From NCBI GenBank assembly GCA_041862415.1, contig JBGVTF010000248.1, positions 3,690 through 67,689 on the forward strand: a DNA stretch of 64,000 nucleotides, read 5' to 3'. Position numbers and translations under genes: made by a program. Each line of letters opens with the position of its first letter. Within the stretch, counting starts at the first letter, position 1. The notes under the pieces are model-generated. The model saw nothing but the letters and a program-made list of their open reading frames with translations, ran no database searches and was not told the DNA's origin. Origin of the DNA: Anaerolineae bacterium (GTDB taxonomy: Bacteria; Chloroflexota; Anaerolineae; E26-bin7). This document shows, piece by piece, positions 34,157 to 41,607 of this stretch.

Positions 34157-35386
34157 ATGCTGGTGGGTAAGAGCGGCGATCTGCGGCTGCCGGAGGAATT
34201 ACGCCGTCGGTGGGGGCTGGCACCTAGCGCGGAGGTTCTGATTCGGGAAACGCCTGAGGGGTTGTTCCTACGTCCGGCAGACCCACCGCTGGCCAAAGTC
34301 TACGTCGAGCCAACCACAGCCTGCAACCTGCGCTGTCGCATTTGCGTGCGCAACTCCTGGAGTGAACCGGTGGGGTCTATGGAGATGGCGACATACCGAC
34401 GACTGCTAGACGGGCTGCGGGAAGTGCCGTCGCTGCGCAAAGTGGCCTTCTGGGGATTCGGTGAACCGCTGCTGCATCCCGACATCGTGGAGATGGTGGC
34501 GCTGGCCAAAGAACTGGGAGCAAAGACAGAGTTGATCACCAACGGCCTCTTGTTGGACAGGGAGATGGCTGAGGGGCTGGTCATGGCCGGGCTGGACACG
34601 CTCGTCGTCTCAGTGGATGGGACCTCGCCGGAATCCCACGCTGACATCAGGTCGGGCGCTGACTTTCGCCTGGTGCAGGAGAACGTGGAGGGCCTGCACG
34701 CCGTGCGTCGCGCGAACTCTCGTGACAACCCGGAGATTGGCCTCGAGTTCGTTGTCACGCGACGCAACGTATCCGAACTGCCGAACCTGCATCGCCTGGC
34801 CTACTCGTTGGAGGCGAGCTTTGTCGTCGTGACGAACGTGCTGCCCTACACCGAAGAGTTCAAAGAAGAGATTCTCTACTGGCTGGCGACTGGCAGTTAC
34901 CCGCTGGCGCGCTCCAAATGGTCCCCGGAGATCGTGCTACCACGGATAGACGCGCGTCGCGAGTACCTGGAACCGCTGCTGGGGCTGTTGCGGCAGGGCG
35001 GAGTCATTGACCCTCTGCCAAGGCGTTCTGACGGGGCAGAGGGCTATTGTCGCTTCGTGGGGGAAGGGGCAGTAGCCATCGCCTGGGATGGCGAGGTGAG
35101 TCCCTGCGTTGCACTGATGCACTCCTACACGTGCTACGTCCTGAGACGAGAGAAAGTGATTCGGCGCTACACACTGGGCAACGTCGGCCGGGAAGAGATC
35201 ACACGCATTTGGGATCGCGATGAGTACGTGCAGTTTCGGGCGCGGGTACAGCAGTTCGACTTTTCGCCGTGTGCCCACTGCGGCGGTTGCCAGTTGGCCG
35301 AATCCAACGAGGAGGACTGCTTTGGCAACCAGTTCCCGGTCTGCGGGGACTGTCTGTGGGCCAGAGGGATCATCCTGTGTCCCTGA
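34157..35386 (+). CDS. Radical SAM/SPASM-domain enzyme with N-terminal AbrB/SpoVT-like domain
   Basis: ATG 34157 follows GGAGG. It has an AbrB-like LRLPEELRRRWGLAPSAEVLIRETPEGLFLRP, the radical SAM motif CNLRCRIC, and a Cys-rich SPASM-like C-terminus (CVALMHSYTC ... CAHCGGCQLAESNEEDCFG ... CGDCLWARGIILCP). Confidence 0.85.
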   Translation: MLVGKSGDLRLPEELRRRWGLAPSAEVLIRETPEGLFLRPADPPLAKVYVEPTTACNLRCRICVRNSWSEPVGSMEMATYRRLLDGLREVPSLRKVAFWGFGEPLLHPDIVEMVALAKELGAKTELITNGLLLDREMAEGLVMAGLDTLVVSVDGTSPESHADIRSGADFRLVQENVEGLHAVRRANSRDNPEIGLEFVVTRRNVSELPNLHRLAYSLEASFVVVTNVLPYTEEFKEEILYWLATGSYPLARSKWSPEIVLPRIDARREYLEPLLGLLRQGGVIDPLPRRSDGAEGYCRFVGEGAVAIAWDGEVSPCVALMHSYTCYVLRREKVIRRYTLGNVGREEITRIWDRDEYVQFRARVQQFDFSPCAHCGGCQLAESNEEDCFGNQFPVCGDCLWARGIILCP

Positions 35387-35506
35387 GTGACTATCGTGCG
35401 TAGCTCCCGGTACTGTCGGATCAGCCTACTGGTCACTGCCGGCAGGAACGTGGCATCCCCTGAAGATGCCGTGAACTGCCCGAACCAGGTGAATCTGGAG
35501 AGAGTG

Positions 35507-35653
35507 ATGAAGAAAGCGTTAGTCGTGCCCTTGACCTATGAGGAATTGTTGGACCTGTGTCGCATCCTGCTTGACCGGGACGAGAAGGACGCCCTGCGTT
35601 TCTTGGACGAACACGTCAAGAAGCCAGCTAACGAGGTCGTGGAGGGCGGTTGA
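35507..35653 (+). CDS. 48-aa helical peptide of unknown function
   Basis: ATG 35507 follows GGAGAG. The product is MKKALVVPLTYEELLDLCRILLDRDEKDALRFLDEHVKKPANEVVEGG, ending in Gly-Gly. It lies directly 3' of the radical SAM gene. Confidence 0.4.
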   Translation: MKKALVVPLTYEELLDLCRILLDRDEKDALRFLDEHVKKPANEVVEGG

Positions 35654-35739
35654 AAGGTGCTCATCCAGGTGCCCGGGGCGGGCGTCAAGGAGGTCGCCGG
35701 GAGTCGCCTGTTTTGACTCTGGCAGCGGACGAAAGGTCT

Positions 35740-35958
35740 ATGTTGAAACCCGTGGAAATCTACACCAGGGAAGGCTGTCCGTATACACGAGTTCTGAAGC
35801 GAAAGCTGGAGCACGACGGCCTGTCCTACGTCACGTACGATGTGCTGGAAGACCCGACCCGAATGCAGGAGATGCTGGCCCTGAACGGGCAGCGGCGGGA
35901 GGTGCCGACCATCGTCTGGCCTGACAAGGGTGTGGAAGTCGGCTTCCACGGAACCTGA
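35740..35958 (+). CDS. Glutaredoxin-like protein with CPYT (CxxT) active-site motif
   Basis: MLKPVEIYTREGCPYTRVLKRKLE...REVPTIVWPDKGVEVGF is a Grx fold with the resolving Cys replaced by Thr. The track ORF from 35650 is an unlikely extension. Confidence 0.7.
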   Translation: MLKPVEIYTREGCPYTRVLKRKLEHDGLSYVTYDVLEDPTRMQEMLALNGQRREVPTIVWPDKGVEVGFHGT

Positions 35959-36029
35959 ACCGTGTAAGCGCGCCGACCGGCGGTCGGAAAAAGGTTGTAT
36001 AGAGGATAGATTTCGAAGGAGGTGGAACC

Positions 36030-36323
36030 ATGCCAGGAAGAGGACCGACGATGTGGCGGACGGCAGGGTGTTGCGGCGGCAGAGATGCCGAGGTGACCCA
36101 GGTAGCCATTGACGACAGGGGCTTCACCGTGGGCATCATAGGGCTGGAGCAGGTCTTTGAGCAACTCTATACTATGGGGCGCAAGCCCGAGGACGGGGTT
36201 CGTGATGAACTGCTGGCTATGGTCAAGAGCCGCAACTATGTCCCGCCCTCAGCAGAGGAACGATACAAAGCTGCGCTCTTGCGTGAATACGCTGCTTTCT
36301 GCACCTCCAAGGGGACGGAGTAG
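36030..36323 (+). CDS. 97-aa CC-motif protein, homologous to the C-terminal module of 24215..24958
   Basis: Strong GAAGGAGG RBS. AGCCGGRDAEVTQVAIDDRGFTVGIIGLEQVFEQL...RNYVPPSAEERYKAALLREYAAF aligns with ATCECGSGIPVQKVAVSGRVVTLIALPAIFEQF...YNPIPGEEEEAYAKALLREYEAF. Confidence 0.7.
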   Translation: MPGRGPTMWRTAGCCGGRDAEVTQVAIDDRGFTVGIIGLEQVFEQLYTMGRKPEDGVRDELLAMVKSRNYVPPSAEERYKAALLREYAAFCTSKGTE

Positions 36324-36616
36324 CGAGGCGCTGTGGAAAAGCCCCACTTTGGCAGAAATCTCCCACTGGTTCAGCATGGGGCGAGAGCGCCGGTCGAGTA
36401 GGAGCGAAGCGACGTATCGAGACCAAGTGGCTTGCGGAAGGTGCTCTCTTTGACAGAGAAAACGCTTGGTTTCCTTTGGCGCAATGTGTCACGATACGTT
36501 TCTCCGCTATCGCTCCGAAAGTACTCAACTGGCGTTTGCATTACAACCGGTGGAGCATTTATGCCATAACTGTACTGGTGGGTAGCTATCACCACAGGCC
36601 ATAATGGAGCAGGCAG

Positions 36617-37786
36617 ATGAGCCAACGCCGGGATTTTGAGTTCAACCTGCGGGAATTGGCAGGGTCCATGGGGGATTTCGGCACCCTGTTTCCCCTGTCC
36701 ATCGGCTTTATCGCCGTCAATGGTCTGGACCCGGCTGGCCTGTTCATCATGATGGGCCTCACCAACATCGCCATCGGGCTGGTCTACCGCCTGCCGATGC
36801 CACTGCAACCCAAGAAGGTCATCGCCGTGGCCGCCATCGCTCAACGGTGGCCACCCTCCAGGGTGTACGCTTCCGGCCTGGGGTTAGGGATCACCTGGTT
36901 CATCCTGGTTTTCACCGGCTTGCTGCGCAAGGTCATCGTGCTCACGCCGCTGTTTGTGGTGCGGGGCATCCAGTTGGCCCTAGGAGTGATGCTGGCCTGG
37001 GAGGGCCTCAAGATGATGCGGCCGGCTCCCTTGCTGGGGCTCGTGGCCATCGTCATTGTACTTACTCTGCGAGAGAACCGCTACGCGCCAGCGGCTATTG
37101 TTCTCATGGCCTTGGGGGTAGGGATCATCGCCTGGGAGGGCAAGTTAGGCCGTTCCCTGGACTTGGCGTTCACCCTGCCGCCGCTGACGATACCCCGCCT
37201 GGACGAAGTGGGGCAGGCGATGCTCCTGGCCGGTTTCGCCCAGATCCCTTTGTCTATCACCAACGCCGTCATCGCCACCGCCGCCCTGATCCGTGACTAT
37301 TTCCCGGAGAAGGCGGTCAGCGAGCGCAAGCTGATGCTGAACATGGGAATCATGAACGTGATCGGCGCTTTCTTTGGTGGGATGCCGATGTGCCACGGAG
37401 CGGGGGGACTGGCCGGGCAGTACTATTTCGGCGCGCGCACTGGCGGGGCCAGTATCCTAGAGGGGCTGATTGAGGTCTCGCTGGGACTTTTCCTTAGCAA
37501 ATCGGTAGCCAACCTGCTGAAAGCATTCCCCATGCCTTTGGTGGGTGGGATGATGCTGCTGGTGGGGATCGAACTGGGCAGGGTAGTGGTCAAGCTGCGG
37601 GGCTGGAAACTGTGGCTGGCGCTGGTCACCGCTGCCGTCTCGGTGGTCACCAACATGGCACTCGGTTTCGTGGCTGGCCTGGCGGTGGCCTACCTGGTTC
37701 GAGAGCTGAAGCATCGGCGACTGGTGTCCTGCGCCTGCCTTCCCTTGCAAGGAACTCCGACTGAGCGACCAAAGAGCCTGTCCTGA
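36617..37786 (+). CDS. MOT1-type putative molybdate/sulfate transporter
   Basis: Begins FEFNLRELAGSMGDFGTLFPLSIGFIAVNGLDPAG and contains QPKKVIAVAAIA, with about 10 TM helices. This matches the MFS_MOT1-like family as I recall it. Confidence 0.7.
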   Translation: MSQRRDFEFNLRELAGSMGDFGTLFPLSIGFIAVNGLDPAGLFIMMGLTNIAIGLVYRLPMPLQPKKVIAVAAIAQRWPPSRVYASGLGLGITWFILVFTGLLRKVIVLTPLFVVRGIQLALGVMLAWEGLKMMRPAPLLGLVAIVIVLTLRENRYAPAAIVLMALGVGIIAWEGKLGRSLDLAFTLPPLTIPRLDEVGQAMLLAGFAQIPLSITNAVIATAALIRDYFPEKAVSERKLMLNMGIMNVIGAFFGGMPMCHGAGGLAGQYYFGARTGGASILEGLIEVSLGLFLSKSVANLLKAFPMPLVGGMMLLVGIELGRVVVKLRGWKLWLALVTAAVSVVTNMALGFVAGLAVAYLVRELKHRRLVSCACLPLQGTPTERPKSLS

Positions 37787-37900
37787 GCGGAGCCTGCCCT
37801 GAGCCCTGTCGAAGGGTCGAAGGGGAGCGAAGAACCTCGTTCTTCGGTGAACGAGCCCCCTTCGAAAAGCTCGGGCAGGCTCTTCGCGTTCTGAGGAGGC
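37778..37900. repeat. REP-like repeat cluster
   Basis: cctgtcctgagcggagcctgccctgagccctgtcgaagggtcgaagggg...cccccttcgaaaagctcgggcaggc has inverted partners. It belongs to the same family as 3023, 19015 and 62965. Confidence 0.75.
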
Positions 37901-37999
37901 GAAGCGATGCAAATCTCTCGGCAAAGATGGCGTACTGTGCGGCTGCCAAAGCGGCCTTGGGAACAATGGGGCCTGTAGGCAGGGCCGAGATGCTCCTGC

Positions 38000-38028
38000 T
38001 GGACAAAGTACGGTGAATGCAGTACAAT
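38000..38028 (+). promoter_or_regulatory. Promoter of mgtC-like gene (copy 1 of a duplicated cassette)
   Basis: TGGACA (38000-38005), a 17-nt spacer, then TACAAT (38023-38028). A 37-nt block is repeated at 38840-38877. Confidence 0.55.
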
Positions 38029-38076
38029 ATGGGCACCTCACTTCCCCAAACTAATAATCTATAGGAGGTTGCAGTT

Positions 38077-38712
38077 ATGACGATTATGCTTGAAGATGTG
38101 ATCAAGCTACTTCTAGCGGTCATCATGGGCGGACTCATCGGTGCTGAGCGCGAATTCCGCGATAAGGCGGCGGGTTTCCGAACGATCATCTTTATCTGCG
38201 TCGGCGCAACCCTCTTTACGCTCTTTTCGCTCAAGCTCGGCGGCGACGAAGACCCGGTTCGCATCGCCGCGAATATCGTTAGCGGCGTCGGATTCCTCGG
38301 CGCTGGTGCGATCCTGCGCGATCGCGGTCGAGTCATGGGTCTGACGACGGCATCCACCATCTGGCTCGCCGCAGCGTTGGGCATGGGCATCGGTGGGGGG
38401 CATTACCTCTTTTCTAGCGTAGCGGTCGGCACCATTCTGATCGTCCTCTGGGTCTTCCCCAGGTTCGAAGAGTGGATTGACAACATTCGGGAGCGGCGAA
38501 CCTATCAGGTCGTCTGTCCAATCAACCGCGAGAAGTTTGGGCAGTTGGAAGGCATGTTTCGCCAGTGCGGCCTTCGTGTGAAAAGCCACCAACAAACAAA
38601 GCGCGGTGACGAAATGATCTGTACTTGGGAGGCTTCCGGATCGCCCAGAAATCATTGGCGACTTATGGAGATGCTCTTCGGCGACGCCGACGTGCAGGAG
38701 TTCCGTTTCTAG
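38077..38712 (+). CDS. mgtC: MgtC/SapB-family membrane protein
   Basis: Contains GGLIGAEREFRDKAAGFRT, GVGFLGAGAILR and GLTTASTIWLAAALGMGIGGG, with a C-terminal ACT-like domain. Confidence 0.88.
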   Translation: MTIMLEDVIKLLLAVIMGGLIGAEREFRDKAAGFRTIIFICVGATLFTLFSLKLGGDEDPVRIAANIVSGVGFLGAGAILRDRGRVMGLTTASTIWLAAALGMGIGGGHYLFSSVAVGTILIVLWVFPRFEEWIDNIRERRTYQVVCPINREKFGQLEGMFRQCGLRVKSHQQTKRGDEMICTWEASGSPRNHWRLMEMLFGDADVQEFRF

Positions 38713-38846
38713 ACACGCATTCCACCGCGGTTGATCAAGATGCCTTTTCGCGCCCCCAAGATCAAAGGTCCGCTTGCCCATATGAGGAAAACCGGGTTTC
38801 TCCATCCAAGTGTCTGGTAGCAAACCCTGGTCAAAAGTTGTCCTGC

Positions 38847-38875
38847 TGGACAAAGTACGGCGAATGGAGTAGAAT
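38847..38875 (+). promoter_or_regulatory. Promoter cassette copy 2
   Basis: TGGACA (38847-38852), a 17-nt spacer, then TAGAAT (38870-38875). About 33 of 37 positions match the block at 37993-38030. Confidence 0.5.
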
Positions 38876-39012
38876 AATAGGGCAGGTCTGGACGCCCCAG
38901 GCCCGCCCGGACTACGAAGCGACGCCGGATCAATCCGGCTAGCCCCATTCACGGGGCGTTGTCTTGTAGCCCGGCGACTTTCCGGCTCTGTGAACCGGCA
39001 AGGAGCCCCCAG

Positions 39013-39540
39013 ATGGTGATCCCGCTCAACCCCTACGTTGCCGGCAATCCCGTCGGCGATAGCCCCGCTTTTATCGGGCGGGCGGATGTGCTATGCGAGG
39101 TGCTGCGCGTCCTGCGCCGCTCCCAGGATAGCGCCATCGTGCTCTACGGCCAGCGGCGCATCGGCAAGACTTCCATCCTGCAACACCTGGCCGCCTGGCT
39201 CCCCCGCGAAGGGCCGTACCACCCTTTCTACTTTAAACTGCAAGACAAGGCCGACTGGTCCCTGGACCGCGTACTGCAGGACTTGGTCGGACCATGGCTC
39301 ACAGTCTGGGCCAGCCTGACTCCGACGACTCGACTGAGCTAAGTCCTGGGTCCCGATCCCGAAACCGCCTTCCGCCAGGAGTGGCTCGCCGCCGTCCTGG
39401 ACGGCTTGGCGGACGGTGCCCCCCTATGGGCTGTTGCTCATGGCCCGGACCGGCTTCGTGCTCGCTGCCACCTGGCCACGCTTCCCGCAGCGAGCGCTGG
39501 AGTTCATAGGTGGCATACGTGACCGTTCGCGGCGGCACTG
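39013..39540 (+). pseudogene. Decayed N-terminal fragment of a P-loop (AAA/STAND-like) ATPase
   Basis: AAGGAG RBS. NPYVAGNPVGDSPAFIGRADVL...LYGQRRIGKTSILQHL contains a Walker A motif. After about 95 codons the recognisable sequence continues in other frames (AHSLGQPDSDD; DPETAFRQEWLAAVLDGL) and then stops. Confidence 0.65.
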
Positions 39541-39592
39541 AATGGAGCAGCGCTGTCCGCCAATCCAGGCCACCTCTCACAGGAGCAGATCC

Positions 39593-39970
39593 ATGTTCAA
39601 CCAGAGGACGCAGGCAAACGCCGCAACGAACGCTGTGGCCGTACTGGTGTTGATGGCCGCCAATTTGTTCTTTAACGTCGTCGCCAACGCCAGCTTCAAG
39701 GTCTCGGCCACCAGCCCCAACTGGCGCAGCTTCCTGACCTGGCAGGTCATCGGTAACCTGGCTGGCCTTGTCACTGTGCTGACCCTGACTGGGCTGCTGC
39801 GCTTTGTCCCATTGCACGTCGCCTATCCCGTCACCGTCGGCTTGGCCGTGATTGGTGTCCAGGTGGGGGCCGTCCGGTGGCTGTTCCACGAGCCGGTCAC
39901 CCAGGCTCAATGGCTGGGCACGCTGCTCATCGCCGCTGGCATCCTGCTGGTCGCTGGTCGGCCTTCGTGA
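39593..39970 (+). CDS. Small 4-TM membrane protein (SMR/EamA-like)
   Basis: ATG 39593 follows AGGAG. It has four hydrophobic helices. The family assignment is tentative. Confidence 0.5.
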   Translation: MFNQRTQANAATNAVAVLVLMAANLFFNVVANASFKVSATSPNWRSFLTWQVIGNLAGLVTVLTLTGLLRFVPLHVAYPVTVGLAVIGVQVGAVRWLFHEPVTQAQWLGTLLIAAGILLVAGRPS

Positions 39971-40578
39971 CCAGCCTGCGCGGGCTCGTCCGTCTGTTCG
40001 ATGGGTTGCTACGGCGGGCCTGCGGCGTGGTCGAGTTCTGCGACGATCGGCAGTGCCTGCTGCGGGTTCAGTTAGCTTGCTGCCCCCGGCCGTTGCGCCT
40101 CTCGGATGGGACAGAGGTCCGGCGAGGCGAGTCGGCGCTGATGTTACACCTGTGGAACGAGCACATCCCGCCCATGGGTCCGGCTGGCCCCGATCTGCTC
40201 TGGGCGGCGGGGGTGCGCTGGCGGCTGATCCGTTCCCTCCGCCATGTGGCTGCGCTTGTGGCCACGGACCCACAACTGGCCAAGGTGCAGGCTGTAGGCG
40301 GCGTCACGGTGCTCTTCCCTCCGGATGACGAGGGCAGTCCGGCCCGGCTGATGAGGCGTCTAGGGTTTGATGTGATGCCCCGTCCCCTTGGCCGGCTGGG
40401 CCGCTTCGGTGAGTTCTGGGAGAACCTCTACGCCTGGGCGCTGATGTGGGCCTTCAACGCCCCCAGCCTGCGCCGCAAGCAGTTGCTACGGCTGCAAAGG
40501 ACCGAGGTATGGATGTCACGTCGGCGGCTGCTCGAGCGGTACGGCCATTGCCAAGACCACCGGGATGGAAACCGATGA
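39967..40578 (+). CDS. Conserved hypothetical protein (YkoP-like?)
   Basis: GTG 39967 overlaps the upstream stop (GTGA). CLLRVQLACCPRPLRLSDGTEVRRGESALMLHLWNEHIP resembles YkoP-type proteins from memory only. Confidence 0.4.
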   Translation: MTSLRGLVRLFDGLLRRACGVVEFCDDRQCLLRVQLACCPRPLRLSDGTEVRRGESALMLHLWNEHIPPMGPAGPDLLWAAGVRWRLIRSLRHVAALVATDPQLAKVQAVGGVTVLFPPDDEGSPARLMRRLGFDVMPRPLGRLGRFGEFWENLYAWALMWAFNAPSLRRKQLLRLQRTEVWMSRRRLLERYGHCQDHRDGNR

Positions 40579-40621
40579 GCGCAGCCAGAGGACGTGCTCA
40601 GCGTCCACAGCCTGCGGGCTC

Positions 40622-41032
40622 TCACGGAGTTTGCCATGCATCTGAAGCGTCAGCAACTCGTTCGAGAAGAAGAGACACGCCATCGCGCTGGATTTCACGC
40701 CAGAGGGTACTCCGATAGTGCACCTCTTCGTCCCAACGGGCCTGGTCGAGGATGTGAGCATTGAAAAGCACATCGTACTCCAGCGAACACTGGGCGGCTA
40801 TTTCGCGGATGCGCCAACGTGTTTCTGGTTGCAGGATTTTGAGTACTACCAGTAGGTCAATATCGGAATCGGGATCAAAATCTCCTCGCGACTTGGAGCC
40901 GAAGAACCACAGGCCTATAAGATTGTCGCCCAGTCTCAGGTGCAAACGGTTTACACAGTCGTCTAATGCCATCCGTTCGTGGAGTTTCAGGTAATTCAGC
41001 GTGTCTCTCATTTTATTCCAATTATACACCAC
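40622..41032 (-). CDS. Nucleotidyltransferase-domain protein (MNT/Pol-beta superfamily), solitary
   Basis: Contains GLWFFGSKSRGDFDPDSDIDLLVV (the GS...DxD motif). No HEPN partner is recognisable next to it. Confidence 0.75.
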   Translation of the reverse strand: MVYNWNKMRDTLNYLKLHERMALDDCVNRLHLRLGDNLIGLWFFGSKSRGDFDPDSDIDLLVVLKILQPETRWRIREIAAQCSLEYDVLFNAHILDQARWDEEVHYRSTLWREIQRDGVSLLLERVADASDAWQTP

Positions 41033-41034
41033 CT

Positions 41035-41208
41035 TTGCCAGAGGAGCAATTCTATTATTACAGGCTCAAATTTAGGGGAGGAGATATTGAGGTCTACCTG
41101 GCTAAACCGATCTGGAAGGGGGCGGACCCCAAGGCTGCGGAAATGCGTTTTGCCATTAAGGGGTATGGCTGGTTCTACCTAAAGTTTGACCCTGCGGATT
41201 GGCCTTGA
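41035..41208 (+). pseudogene. 3' fragment of a paralog of the 28389..28700 Sec-Sec protein
   Basis: PEEQFYYYRLKFRGGDIEVYLAKPIWKGADPKAAEMRFAIKGYGWFYLKFDPA aligns with PENEQDYIRFMAEDIEVYLSKEIWEGLDPKATELRFAIPGYGRFYLKFNPA. The N-terminal half, including the UU/CC position, is missing, and the fragment abuts the start of the NTase gene. Confidence 0.7.
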
Positions 41209-41481
41209 TCCGCAACCGACAATCCTTGGAAGAAAGCCTTCGCGAAAAGCAGGGGGCTTTTCTTTTGAGCCGCTTTCTGGTATGGGGCTTGCGCTGCAGG
41301 TCGCGAGGTGTAGGGGGTGTCCCTCCATAATTCTCTTTGCCCTCCCTCAGGCGAGGGATTGGCCCACCGAGCCGAGCCTTGACGGAGGAGAACCAGGAGC
41401 GAGGAGGCACGTCTCGACTGAGCTCGACGAAGTCCTCTCGTACGCAGCGGCTTTCGCTGCACAAGCTTGTCATGAATAAAG

Positions 41482-41510
41482 TTGACAATGTAATTGAAAG
41501 GTGCCATAAT
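41482..41510 (+). promoter_or_regulatory. Promoter of the 41608..42831 orphan gene
   Basis: TTGACA (41482-41487), a 17-nt spacer, then CATAAT (41505-41510). Confidence 0.6.
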
Positions 41511-41607
41511 AGTGATGGGATAAGCAGATGGTTGAGTTCGTTGCTGGAAGTGACAGTAACAGGAGGAATAGGGCCAGGGCCTGCATTGAAAATGATGGGA
41601 GGGAATT

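Noticed and set aside
35651-35722. Possible Sec read-through of the TGA that ends the 48-aa peptide (…VVEGG-TGA-KVLIQVPGAGVKEVAGSRLF-TGA)
   Set aside because: The read-through frame hits another TGA after 20 codons and encodes nothing recognisable. It does not join the Grx-like ORF, which is in a different frame. I find no SECIS-like hairpin with a G/U-containing apical loop at a suitable distance, only a short GCCCG-GGG-CGGGC stem.
36324-36616. Moco riboswitch upstream of the MOT1-type transporter
   Set aside because: The context is suggestive and there are CUCCG...CGGUGGAG pairings, but I cannot match the conserved Moco-motif core from memory. It needs cmsearch with Rfam RF01055 and is not supportable by eye.
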